Assembly (NCBI GenBank): GCA_045649725.1 | Contig: JAZRQL010000053.1 | Location: 5,149-69,148, forward strand | DNA length: 64,000 nt | Source of the DNA: Clostridia bacterium | GTDB lineage: Bacteria; Bacillota; Clostridia; Monoglobales; Monoglobaceae | Reading direction: 5' to 3' | Part shown: positions 19,633 through 27,123 of the stretch, in pieces | How positions within the stretch are numbered: position 1 is the first letter of the stretch | Layout of the letters: the number at the start of each line of letters is the position of its first letter | The notes under the pieces: generated by a model | Told to the model about the DNA's origin: nothing | What the model saw: only the letters and a program-made list of their open reading frames with translations | Database searches by the model: none | Made by a program: the position numbers and the translations under genes

Positions 19633-19758
19633 ATGACAGATTTATGGGAAGAATTTGAAAAATCAGGAAAGATTGAAGATTATTTAAAGTACAAAGATAT
19701 AAATAAAGACAAAGAAGATTTCGCAGACAGGGAGAGTGAGCCGATTGGCAATCCTTGA
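19633..19758 (+). CDS. yqzL: YqzL-like small protein (41 aa, not in the ORF track)
   Basis: The ATG at 19633 lies behind a GGAGG RBS, and the product is MTDLWEEFEKSGKIEDYLKYKDINKDKEDFADRESEPIGNP. A small acidic protein at exactly the era-recO position occupied by yqzL in Bacillus. Confidence 0.6.
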   Translation: MTDLWEEFEKSGKIEDYLKYKDINKDKEDFADRESEPIGNP

Positions 19759-20500
19759 TGTAGAAGGAATAGTAACAAAGGAAACTAAATATGGCGAAAC
19801 ATCAAGAATTCTTACCGTGATTACTAAAAGTCACGGTAAGATTTCTGTGCTTGCAGGCAATGTGCGAAAAGGGAAGACGGGGCTTTTAATGGCAACGACT
19901 CTTTTTAGTCATAGTCATTTTACCTTGTTCAAAAGTGGTTCATCAAATCTTTATAAGCTTAACGAGGGTGAGCTTTTAACCTCTTTTTCTGCATTAAAGG
20001 AATCCTTGGATAAAATGGCATTTGCCTCATATTTTTGCGATATAACAAATTCCGTTGTTCAGGAAGGCTCTCCTGATGTGCTTCAGGTGGAATTATTGCT
20101 TCGTTCCCTTTATATGCTTTCAAAGGATGATCAGGACCCTGAAAAAATAAAGGCGGTTTTTGAGTTCCGGACCCTTAAAACCGCAGGGCTTTTGCCTGAT
20201 CTGTCAGGCTGTGGCGGATGCGGAAGAGCAGACGGACTCTACTATCTCTGTCCTGAAAGCGGAGGAATATATTGCGAAGGCTGTGTGGAATTACACCCCT
20301 CTGCAATGATGATAAATGAAAGTTTGCTTGCGGCAATTTCATACATAGCCATTGCCGAAGATAAAAAGATATTTTCCTTTAATATGTCAGAGGCGGCAAC
20401 ACATTACTTAAGCCAGTTAGGGGAAAGATGCATAGAAATCCTTTTTGACAAAAGGTTTAAAACATTGGATTACTTAAGAAAAGTAACTGCGCTTTCTTAA
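19736..20500 (+). CDS. recO: DNA repair protein RecO
   Basis: 254 aa with an N-terminal OB-fold region (GIVTKETKYGETSRILTVITKSHGKISV) and a Cys cluster CGGCG...CEGC. The GTG start overlaps the yqzL end by 23 nt. Confidence 0.9.
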   Translation: MSRLAILDVEGIVTKETKYGETSRILTVITKSHGKISVLAGNVRKGKTGLLMATTLFSHSHFTLFKSGSSNLYKLNEGELLTSFSALKESLDKMAFASYFCDITNSVVQEGSPDVLQVELLLRSLYMLSKDDQDPEKIKAVFEFRTLKTAGLLPDLSGCGGCGRADGLYYLCPESGGIYCEGCVELHPSAMMINESLLAAISYIAIAEDKKIFSFNMSEAATHYLSQLGERCIEILFDKRFKTLDYLRKVTALS

Positions 20501-20515
20501 AAGGAGCTGATAAAA

Positions 20516-21166
20516 TTGCAGAAGAAAATAGAAGAACTTTTAAAATCAGAGGGAGCTTTGGAGGTTGGCTTTTGTAAGGCAGGGGAGAATCCATTTTCCC
20601 TTCCTTATGCAATATCCTTTGAAATACCTCTGTCTGATACAATAATCGACCAGATAGAAACTGCACCAACTCATACATATTTTCATCATTACAGAACAGT
20701 GAATGCATTCATTGACAGGATTGCGCTAAAATGTGGACTTTTCCTTGAAAGGAATGGATACAAGTATGTTCCAATCCCTGCATCGCAGTCGGTTGAGGGA
20801 ACACAGGGGATATATTCCCATAAGTATGCGGCAGTTATGTCAGGTCTTGGTACAATAGGAAAAAGCGGACTTTTCCTGTCCGAAAGAAAAGGACCGAGAG
20901 TTAGACTTGGAACAATACTCACAAATTGCGAATTTGAGGTTTGTGATATAACTCCAAAGGGAAAGTGCGGAGACTGTAATATATGCAAAAACGCCTGCCC
21001 TGCCCTTGCTATTCGTGGAAACGAATGGAGCGAAGATGCAAGCAGAGAGGATATAATTGATGCCTGCGCCTGCAGCGATTATATGAAAAAAGCTTTCCAG
21101 AAAATTGGCAGAGGTGCAGTCTGCGGAATTTGTATAAAGGTCTGCCCTTACGGAAATAAGAGATAA
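20516..21166 (+). CDS. Short QueG/reductive-dehalogenase-like 4Fe-4S protein
   Basis: GLGTIGKSGLFLS...GPRVRLGTILT core plus two ferredoxin motifs, CGDCNICKNACP and CGICIKVCP. At 216 aa it is much shorter than canonical QueG. TTG start with AAGGAG RBS. Confidence 0.65.
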   Translation: MQKKIEELLKSEGALEVGFCKAGENPFSLPYAISFEIPLSDTIIDQIETAPTHTYFHHYRTVNAFIDRIALKCGLFLERNGYKYVPIPASQSVEGTQGIYSHKYAAVMSGLGTIGKSGLFLSERKGPRVRLGTILTNCEFEVCDITPKGKCGDCNICKNACPALAIRGNEWSEDASREDIIDACACSDYMKKAFQKIGRGAVCGICIKVCPYGNKR

Positions 21167-21170
21167 AAAT

Positions 21171-21198
21171 AGCCCACCGAATCGGTGGGCTTTTGTTA
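21171..21198. terminator. Rho-independent terminator in a convergent intergenic region
   Basis: AGCCCACCG, loop AAT, CGGTGGGCT, then TTTTGTTATTTT. An A-run lies on the other side. Confidence 0.8.
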
Positions 21199-21207
21199 TT
21201 TTATAAG

Positions 21208-21260
21208 CCTCCCTTGCCTAAAGGGAGGTGGTTTTGCGTAGCAAAATCGGAGGGATTCAG
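21208..21260 (+). repeat. GC-rich two-hairpin module related to the element upstream of thiI
   Basis: Hairpin 1 is CCTCCCTT-GCCTA-AAGGGAGG (21208-21228) and hairpin 2 is GGTTTTGC-GTA-GCAAAATC (21230-21248), followed by GGAGGGATTCAG. It is collinear with 39823-39922. Confidence 0.5.
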
Positions 21261-21262
21261 AT

Positions 21263-21925
21263 TTACAACAATTCTTCAAAATCTTTTATATACTTATATG
21301 AATTTTTTATAAGATACTCTTTATCGGGGGCGGAGCTTTCATCCTCTACGATTACGGTTTTTAAGCCAATGCTGTTTGCGGTAACCAACGCTGTTTTTAT
21401 ATCCTCAAAAAGCATTGCCCTTTCAGGAGAAGAACCAAGCTTTTCAAGAACAGTTATAAAAAAGTCAGGGTCACCTTTATTTGTTCCCATCTTTTCTGTG
21501 TAGGCAAAAAAGTCAATCATATCATATATGCCATTGCTCTTCATACAAGCTGAGGCTAACTCTTCGGGGCAGGATGTACCGATAGCTATTTTTATATTAT
21601 TCTCTTTAAGCTTTTTTAAAAACTCATAAGCACCACTTTTAAGCTTTATATTGTTTTCGTATTCATAAATTGCGGTGTCTATCCAAGTCTGTCTAACCTC
21701 ACTCGGAGTCATATTAAGCTCCGGAAAAAGCTTACACACATATGCAGAGGACTGGGTAACATTCATATAAGAAATTTCGTTAACAAGGTTATCGTCTGCA
21801 GAGACCCCTGTTTCATCTAAAAAATCAGACAGAATATTTTCCCACACCCACATAGAGTTTATAAGGGTTCCGTCTAAATCGAATATTGCACCGTTAAAGT
21901 TTCCGTCAAAAATCTCAAAGTTCAT
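21263..21925 (-). CDS. HAD-superfamily hydrolase (beta-phosphoglucomutase-like subfamily IA)
   Basis: Motif I FDLDGTL, motif II TS, and a C-terminal FEDI acidic motif. 220 aa. Confidence 0.85.
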   Translation of the reverse strand: MNFEIFDGNFNGAIFDLDGTLINSMWVWENILSDFLDETGVSADDNLVNEISYMNVTQSSAYVCKLFPELNMTPSEVRQTWIDTAIYEYENNIKLKSGAYEFLKKLKENNIKIAIGTSCPEELASACMKSNGIYDMIDFFAYTEKMGTNKGDPDFFITVLEKLGSSPERAMLFEDIKTALVTANSIGLKTVIVEDESSAPDKEYLIKNSYKYIKDFEELL

Positions 21926-22067
21926 TTTTATCTCCTTTATTTATAAAGCTCCTCGGCAATAGGAGTATCGTCAAACAAAAGCTCTTTCATACCATTGTTT
22001 TCAGGCTATCTGTAAACAGATTTAATCTTTTATTTTATGTGTAGTATACTTTCTGAAATACTGCTTA

Positions 22068-22096
22068 ATTGTAGCACAAACAAAAAAATATTTCAA
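22068..22096 (-). promoter_or_regulatory. Candidate SigA-type promoter for the HAD hydrolase gene
   Basis: The minus strand reads TTGAAA (22096-22091), a 17-nt spacer, then TACAAT (22073-22068), about 145 nt upstream of the ATG. Confidence 0.4.
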
Positions 22097-22200
22097 CAGT
22101 TTTAAAGGTTAACCAAAGCTACCGATGCTAAAGACATCACGAAAGGGAAAACTGGCATCTAAAAATTGCCTTTAGTATTGATAGTTTTGGCTAATAATTG

Positions 22201-22229
22201 TTGCAAAAGATAACAAAGTATGTTATGAT
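22201..22229 (+). promoter_or_regulatory. Candidate SigA-type promoter reading into repeat copy B and the tagA-like gene
   Basis: TTGCAA (22201-22206), a 17-nt spacer, then TATGAT (22224-22229). Confidence 0.45.
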
Positions 22230-22250
22230 AATTTCATCATAGATGAAATT

Positions 22251-22376
22251 AGTGAATAGTGAAAAATGAATAGTGAAGAGTTAAGGAACAAATGCGTACG
22301 CATTTGAATTATATAAAAATCGCTATAGCGATTTTCAACCATAATTATTCATCATTCATTATTAATTATTCATTTT
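22251..22376 (+). repeat. Copy B of the AT-rich palindromic intergenic repeat
   Basis: Heptamer-repeat left arm, 18-nt palindrome CAAATGCGTACGCATTTG (22289-22306), and 20-nt palindrome AAAATCGCTATAGCGATTTT (22316-22335). The right arm is TTCATCATTCATTATTAATTATTCATTTT. Confidence 0.85.
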
Positions 22377-22403
22377 ATATGCTATGTTATGGAGGTAGTC
22401 GAT

Positions 22404-23150
22404 ATGGAAAGAAAAGTTATAAATATTCTTGGTGTAAATATTGATAAGGTCACAGAAATGGAAGCCCTTGACCGTGCGGTAGAGCTTGTTTCGGGGGATG
22501 GTGTTTCGGTTATATATACCCCGAATCCTGAAATTGTTATGGCGGCATATGAGGATAAGGATTTTTTAAATGTTTTAAATTCTTCGGATATGTGCGTGCC
22601 TGACGGAATAGGGGTTGTTTACGGTGCAAAGATTATCGGTGAGCCTCTTCCTGAAAGAGTTCCCGGATTTGATTTATCCTGCAGACTTATGAAGAAGATG
22701 GGCGAGATGGGTAAGAGCGTTTTCCTCTTTGGCTCAAAGCCGGGGGTTGCCGAAAAGGCGGCTGCAACTTTAGAAAAGACTTGCCCGGGTCTTAAAATTG
22801 CAGGATGTCGTGACGGATATTTTAAGGATGAAGATACAGAGGATATAATAAACCAGATTAATAATTCAAATGCTGATCTTCTTATGGTTTGCCTTGGAGC
22901 GCCAAAGCAGGAGAAGTGGATTTATAACAACAGAGAAAAGTTAAATGTTAAGCTTTGTATCGGTGCAGGGGGAAGCCTTGATGTTCTCGCAGGGGAAGTT
23001 AAGAGAGCGCCTGAATTTTTTATAAAGCTAAACCTTGAATGGTTCTACCGTTTTTGCAAACAGCCAAGCCGCATAGGAAGATTTGCGGCTTTGCCAAAGT
23101 TTATCCTAACAGTTATGAGGGGTTCGCGACGCAAACCCAATGAAAAGTGA
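22404..23150 (+). CDS. WecB/TagA/CpsF family (GT26) glycosyltransferase
   Basis: ILGVNID N-terminus, VPDGIGVV, and LGAPKQEKW motifs typical of TagA/WecG. ATG at 22404 behind a GGAGG RBS. The stop codon lies inside repeat copy C. Confidence 0.88.
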   Translation: MERKVINILGVNIDKVTEMEALDRAVELVSGDGVSVIYTPNPEIVMAAYEDKDFLNVLNSSDMCVPDGIGVVYGAKIIGEPLPERVPGFDLSCRLMKKMGEMGKSVFLFGSKPGVAEKAAATLEKTCPGLKIAGCRDGYFKDEDTEDIINQINNSNADLLMVCLGAPKQEKWIYNNREKLNVKLCIGAGGSLDVLAGEVKRAPEFFIKLNLEWFYRFCKQPSRIGRFAALPKFILTVMRGSRRKPNEK

Positions 23151-23263
23151 AAAATGAATAGTGAAGAATTAAGGAACAAATGCATACGCATTTGAATTAA
23201 ATTAAAATCGCTGCAGCGATTTTTACCATAATTGTTCATCATTCATTATTAATTATTCATTTT
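23147..23263 (+). repeat. Copy C of the AT-rich palindromic intergenic repeat
   Basis: Aligns almost base-for-base with copy B. Hairpins are CAAATGC-ATAC-GCATTTG (23177-23194) and AAAATCGCTGCAGCGATTTT (23204-23223). Confidence 0.85.
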
Positions 23264-23283
23264 GGAAGTAGGAGGAATTTTCT

Positions 23284-23826
23284 ATGATATATGTTTTATT
23301 GGCAGAGGGCTTTGAAGAGGTTGAGGCTCTTGCTCCCGTAGATATTTTAAGAAGAGGAAATATAGAGGTTAAGACTGCCGGTGTAGGCGGTGATATGGTT
23401 CGCGGTGCTCATGATATTTGGGTTAAGGCGGATATGAAGATAGAGGATGTAGACTTGTCTACAGTTGATGGTATAGTTTTGCCCGGTGGTATGCCGGGAA
23501 CATTGAATCTTCAAAAAGATGATACAGTAAATAAGCTTATAAACCATTGCAGTGAAAAGGGTCTTTTGATATGTGCAATCTGTGCCGCTCCTATGATATT
23601 AGGTGAACTTGGCTTGCTTGAAGGAAAGACAGCTACCTGTTACCCGGGCTTTGAAGAACATTTAAAGGGTGCAGTTTTAGGTAAAAATCCGGTAGAGGTA
23701 TCAGGCAACTTTATTACAGGAAAGGGTCCGGGTGCATCATTTGAATTCGGTAAGGCTATTGTGAATTATATTAATGGAGACGGTGTGGGAGAAAACATTC
23801 TTTCCCAGATGCAGTATGAAATATGA
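23284..23826 (+). CDS. DJ-1/PfpI family protein
   Basis: Nucleophile elbow AICAAP, GGMPG motif, 180 aa. Confidence 0.88.
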   Translation: MIYVLLAEGFEEVEALAPVDILRRGNIEVKTAGVGGDMVRGAHDIWVKADMKIEDVDLSTVDGIVLPGGMPGTLNLQKDDTVNKLINHCSEKGLLICAICAAPMILGELGLLEGKTATCYPGFEEHLKGAVLGKNPVEVSGNFITGKGPGASFEFGKAIVNYINGDGVGENILSQMQYEI

Positions 23827-24377
23827 TTAACGAAAAAAAGGATTTCAGGAAGAAGTACAGAGAAATCCGCAAAAATATAGACGATAAAAAAAGAGAGAAA
23901 GAAAATCAGGAAATCTTTTCTGATTTTTTGGAACTTAATGAATATAAAAACGCTAAATCTGTTTTTATATATGTATCTTATGGTGATGAGGTAGAAACTC
24001 TTTCCATAATCGAAAAGATATTAGCTGACGGAAAGAGAGTTTCCGTTCCCATTTGCCATAAGGAAAGCCACCATATGAGCGCAGTTTTAATAGACAGTTT
24101 AAACTGCCTCAAAAAAGGGGTATACGGAATTTTAGAGCCTGATGCAAATGGCATTATCCTTGAAAAAGAGGATATAGACCTTATAGTTGTTCCGGGGCTT
24201 TGCTTTTCGGAAGACGGTTATCGCATAGGCTATGGTGGGGGATATTATGACAGATTTTTAGATGGCTATAAGGGAGTGTCTGTTGGTCTTGCTTTTTCGG
24301 AGTGTATAGCAGAAAAAGTTCCCACAGAGAAAACTGATAAAAGAGTAGATATTGTTATAACGGGAAAGAAGAGGTGA
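23823..24377 (+). CDS. 5-formyltetrahydrofolate cyclo-ligase
   Basis: 184 aa with a C-terminal GYGGGYYDRFL motif. ATGA overlap with the preceding gene. Confidence 0.88.
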   Translation: MINEKKDFRKKYREIRKNIDDKKREKENQEIFSDFLELNEYKNAKSVFIYVSYGDEVETLSIIEKILADGKRVSVPICHKESHHMSAVLIDSLNCLKKGVYGILEPDANGIILEKEDIDLIVVPGLCFSEDGYRIGYGGGYYDRFLDGYKGVSVGLAFSECIAEKVPTEKTDKRVDIVITGKKR

Positions 24378-24381
24378 TAAT

Positions 24382-25272
24382 ATGGCAACTGAATATATAA
24401 AAGATAAGCACAGACTTGTTGGAATACGTTATATGCTTTTTATAATTGCGGCAGTTAATGCGGTGATTTCAGTTGTTATGAGTATTACTTCAAGCTTTAT
24501 GGAAAGCGCATTTCCTATATATCTCCAAAGCCTTATATCAGGGCTTTTGGCATATATTATCCCTATAACTATATATGCTAAAACCACAAAGGTTACAGTT
24601 GAAACCGCCAAGGACAGATTTTATATGAACAGATGCAGAGTTTTGATACTTGTTCTTGCATTTGTGATGGGTGTGGCATTTCAGTTTGTTATGATTGCGG
24701 CAAATCTCCCTGTAAACCTTTTGTTCAACAAGTCAACCCCATATCTTCCCGAGACGGTTTTTGAGCTTGTTGCATCAATGGTTATTGTTGCAGTTTTGCC
24801 TGCCATATTTGAAGAATTTTTATTCAGGGGAATTGTTGTAGGCTCTATGGTGGAGTTTAATACTACCGCCGCGGCAATCTTTTCTTCTGTGATGTTTGCT
24901 ATATTGCATGCAGATATGTATGGTATGCCGGGATATATCCTTATGGGGTTTGTTCTGACTTCTGTTGTAAGACGTTCAGGCTCTTTATATCCTGCAATGA
25001 TATTCCATTTCGCAAATAATATGACAGCCCTTCTGTTAGGGTATTTTAACGAAGAGCTTGTATATGCTCCTGTGTTTTTGATTATATTGTTTGTGTCAGG
25101 GATTATAGTTTTTGTTGTGACATATCTTATTTTTGAAATGATGCACAAGAGACCTGAAAAAACAAGCGCAATGAAAACAGGGCAGTTATTAGGACAAAGC
25201 TTTGTGAGTCTGCCTATTATTCTGTCAATTGCTATGGTAGCCATTACTGCTGTTTTAGCGAGAAATATGTAA
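24382..25272 (+). CDS. CPBP family intramembrane glutamic endopeptidase (CAAX protease/Abi family)
   Basis: Multi-TM protein with EEFLFRG, FAILH and HFANN motifs. Confidence 0.85.
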   Translation: MATEYIKDKHRLVGIRYMLFIIAAVNAVISVVMSITSSFMESAFPIYLQSLISGLLAYIIPITIYAKTTKVTVETAKDRFYMNRCRVLILVLAFVMGVAFQFVMIAANLPVNLLFNKSTPYLPETVFELVASMVIVAVLPAIFEEFLFRGIVVGSMVEFNTTAAAIFSSVMFAILHADMYGMPGYILMGFVLTSVVRRSGSLYPAMIFHFANNMTALLLGYFNEELVYAPVFLIILFVSGIIVFVVTYLIFEMMHKRPEKTSAMKTGQLLGQSFVSLPIILSIAMVAITAVLARNM

Positions 25273-25283
25273 GGGGTTTTTCT

Positions 25284-26276
25284 ATGAAAAAGTTAAGTAT
25301 TAAAAAAATCTGCATAATAGTTGTTGCGGTTTTGCTGTTTATGTTTTTGTTTTGTGACCTTCTGGGTATAGGAGGAAGCAAAAATCCAATAGAGATAAGG
25401 GTTGAAAAGGGAACGGGCTTGTCTGCGGTTACAGAAACTCTTAAGGATACGGGAATTATCAGCAATAAGTTTATGTTCAAGGCATATGCAACTATTACCG
25501 GAAAGCATGTATATCAGGCAGGGGTTCACAGATTAAATCCATCTATGAGCTACGGAAAGATAGTAAAGACCTTGGAAACTCCGCCCGTTAATGAAGAAAT
25601 TCAGGTTTTAATTCCTGAAGGATACGAGATTTATAAAATTGCAGATGCTCTTTATGAAAAAGGGTTAATCAATAAGGAAATTTTTATGCGCGAGGTTGAA
25701 AGCGGAGACTTTGACTATGACTTTGTAAAGGATATTCCTGAAAGAGAAAACAGGCTCGAAGGATATCTCTTCCCTGATACCTATAACTTTTCTAAAAACG
25801 AAACAGAATATGATATAATCGACAAGATGCTTAAAAACTTTGAAAAGAATGTTATCCCTGTTTATAATGAGTCAGGAACAGATAAATCTTTAGATTATAT
25901 TGTAAACCTTGCATCTATTATCGAAAGAGAAGCGGCAAATGACGATGAGAGAAAAACAGTTTCATCTGTTTTTGTTAACCGCCTGAACAAGGGCAACAGA
26001 CTTGAATCCTGCGCTACTGTTCAGTACATCTTGAAAGAGAGAAAAAGCGTTTTAAGCAATGAGGATACACGAATAGATTCTCCGTATAATACTTATATGA
26101 ACAGCGGTCTTCCAATAGGGCCTATTGCCGCACCGGGAATTAAATCCATTGAGGCGGCGCTCTATCCTGAGGATACAAATTATATGTTTTTCATTGCGGT
26201 TAACGACGGAAGCTACAGTCTGTTTTCAGAAACCCTTGAGGAACATCTTGAAAAACAGAGACAAATTCAGAATTAA
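25284..26276 (+). CDS. mltG: Endolytic murein transglycosylase MltG (YceG family)
   Basis: N-terminal TM anchor and a YceG core (LEGYLFPDTY, ASIIEREA, SPYNTYMNSGLPIGPIA). Confidence 0.92.
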   Translation: MKKLSIKKICIIVVAVLLFMFLFCDLLGIGGSKNPIEIRVEKGTGLSAVTETLKDTGIISNKFMFKAYATITGKHVYQAGVHRLNPSMSYGKIVKTLETPPVNEEIQVLIPEGYEIYKIADALYEKGLINKEIFMREVESGDFDYDFVKDIPERENRLEGYLFPDTYNFSKNETEYDIIDKMLKNFEKNVIPVYNESGTDKSLDYIVNLASIIEREAANDDERKTVSSVFVNRLNKGNRLESCATVQYILKERKSVLSNEDTRIDSPYNTYMNSGLPIGPIAAPGIKSIEAALYPEDTNYMFFIAVNDGSYSLFSETLEEHLEKQRQIQN

Positions 26277-26463
26277 CGTGGATTAACGCGAAAGTTCCTT
26301 TCCCGTTAATGCCTCCGGCGGATTTAATTGCCCGTGCGAAATTTTCTTCGCGCTTGCTCAGAAACGCACATGGGCATAAAATCTCTTATCATTTCTTGCC
26401 ATACGGATAAGAGAAAATTAAATTACTATTTGTGCCGGCGTATGGCGGCGAAATGGAGATTTT
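26277..26463 (+). other. GC-enriched, hairpin-dense non-coding spacer (unassigned, candidate structured RNA or leader)
   Basis: Helices at 26282-26310 (7 bp), 26329-26376 (10 bp with a 2-nt bulge) and 26382-26414 (9 bp). G+C is about 50 percent over 26281-26340 by hand count. No credible ORF. Confidence 0.35.
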
Positions 26464-27120
26464 ATGACAGAAGATTTTATAAACTTTGACTATATAACAA
26501 GATATATAAGAAGAACCTTAAAAAAGTCAGATGGGCTTCTTCTTGAAATGGAAGAGTTTGCCAAGAAGAATGAAGTTCCTATATCCCAGCCTGAATCTAT
26601 AAAGCTTAATGAACTTTTAATTAAAATAGGAAACGTTAAAAAAGTTTTGGAGGTAGGGACAGCTATTGGATATTCAGCAATAAGAATGGCGCGTGCCGGT
26701 GCGGAATGCGTTCATACAATAGAGATTCACGAGCCTGCCGCAAAGAAGGCAAGGGAGTACATCGAAAAGGCAAACCTTTCAGATAAGATAACTGTTTTTG
26801 AGGGGGATGCAAAGGATGTTTTGCCAACTCTTAATAGAGAATATGACCTTGTTTTTATTGATGCGGCAAAGGGGCAGTATAACGAGTTCTTTAAGCAGGG
26901 AATGAGGCTTCTTAAAAAGGGCGGAATCCTTGTATCAGATAATATTTTATATAAGGGTATGACTGCGACGGATGAACTGGTTCAGCACAGAAAGATAACC
27001 ATTGTAAAAAGGCTCAGGGAATATGTTGATATGCTTTGTAACCATCCGGAGCTTGAAACGGATATACTTCCTTTAGGTGACGGAGTTGCCATAAGTGTAA
27101 AATGCGAAGAAGGTGAATGA
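26464..27120 (+). CDS. Class I SAM-dependent O-methyltransferase (YrrM/TrmR-like)
   Basis: SAM motif VLEVGTAIGYSA and an acidic DAAK motif. Position after mltG mirrors yrrL-yrrM in Bacillus. Confidence 0.82.
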   Translation: MTEDFINFDYITRYIRRTLKKSDGLLLEMEEFAKKNEVPISQPESIKLNELLIKIGNVKKVLEVGTAIGYSAIRMARAGAECVHTIEIHEPAAKKAREYIEKANLSDKITVFEGDAKDVLPTLNREYDLVFIDAAKGQYNEFFKQGMRLLKKGGILVSDNILYKGMTATDELVQHRKITIVKRLREYVDMLCNHPELETDILPLGDGVAISVKCEEGE

Positions 27121-27123
27121 TAA

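Noticed and set aside
21228-21503. 91-aa + strand ORF starting with GTG inside the GC-rich hairpin module.
   Set aside because: It is almost entirely antisense to the HAD hydrolase gene, has no RBS, and its start is part of hairpin stems.
21937-21990. 17-codon upstream ORF (MKELLFDDTPIAEELYK) on the minus strand, ending 11 nt before the HAD gene start. It could be a leader peptide.
   Set aside because: There is no Shine-Dalgarno sequence in front of its ATG, and the peptide has no run of regulatory codons. I cannot distinguish it from chance in AT-rich DNA.
23151-23283. Considered whether the repeat upstream of the DJ-1/5-formyl-THF cyclo-ligase genes could be 6S RNA, since ssrS precedes the cyclo-ligase gene in E. 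coli.
   Set aside because: The sequence is one of four near-identical AT-rich repeat copies and lacks a 6S-like central bubble architecture. The synteny argument does not hold for a multi-copy element.
26309-26410. 33-aa ORF (MPPADLIARAKF...) inside the GC-rich mltG-yrrM spacer.
   Set aside because: It has no RBS and its frame runs through the predicted helices. It is more likely a by-product of the GC-rich structured sequence.
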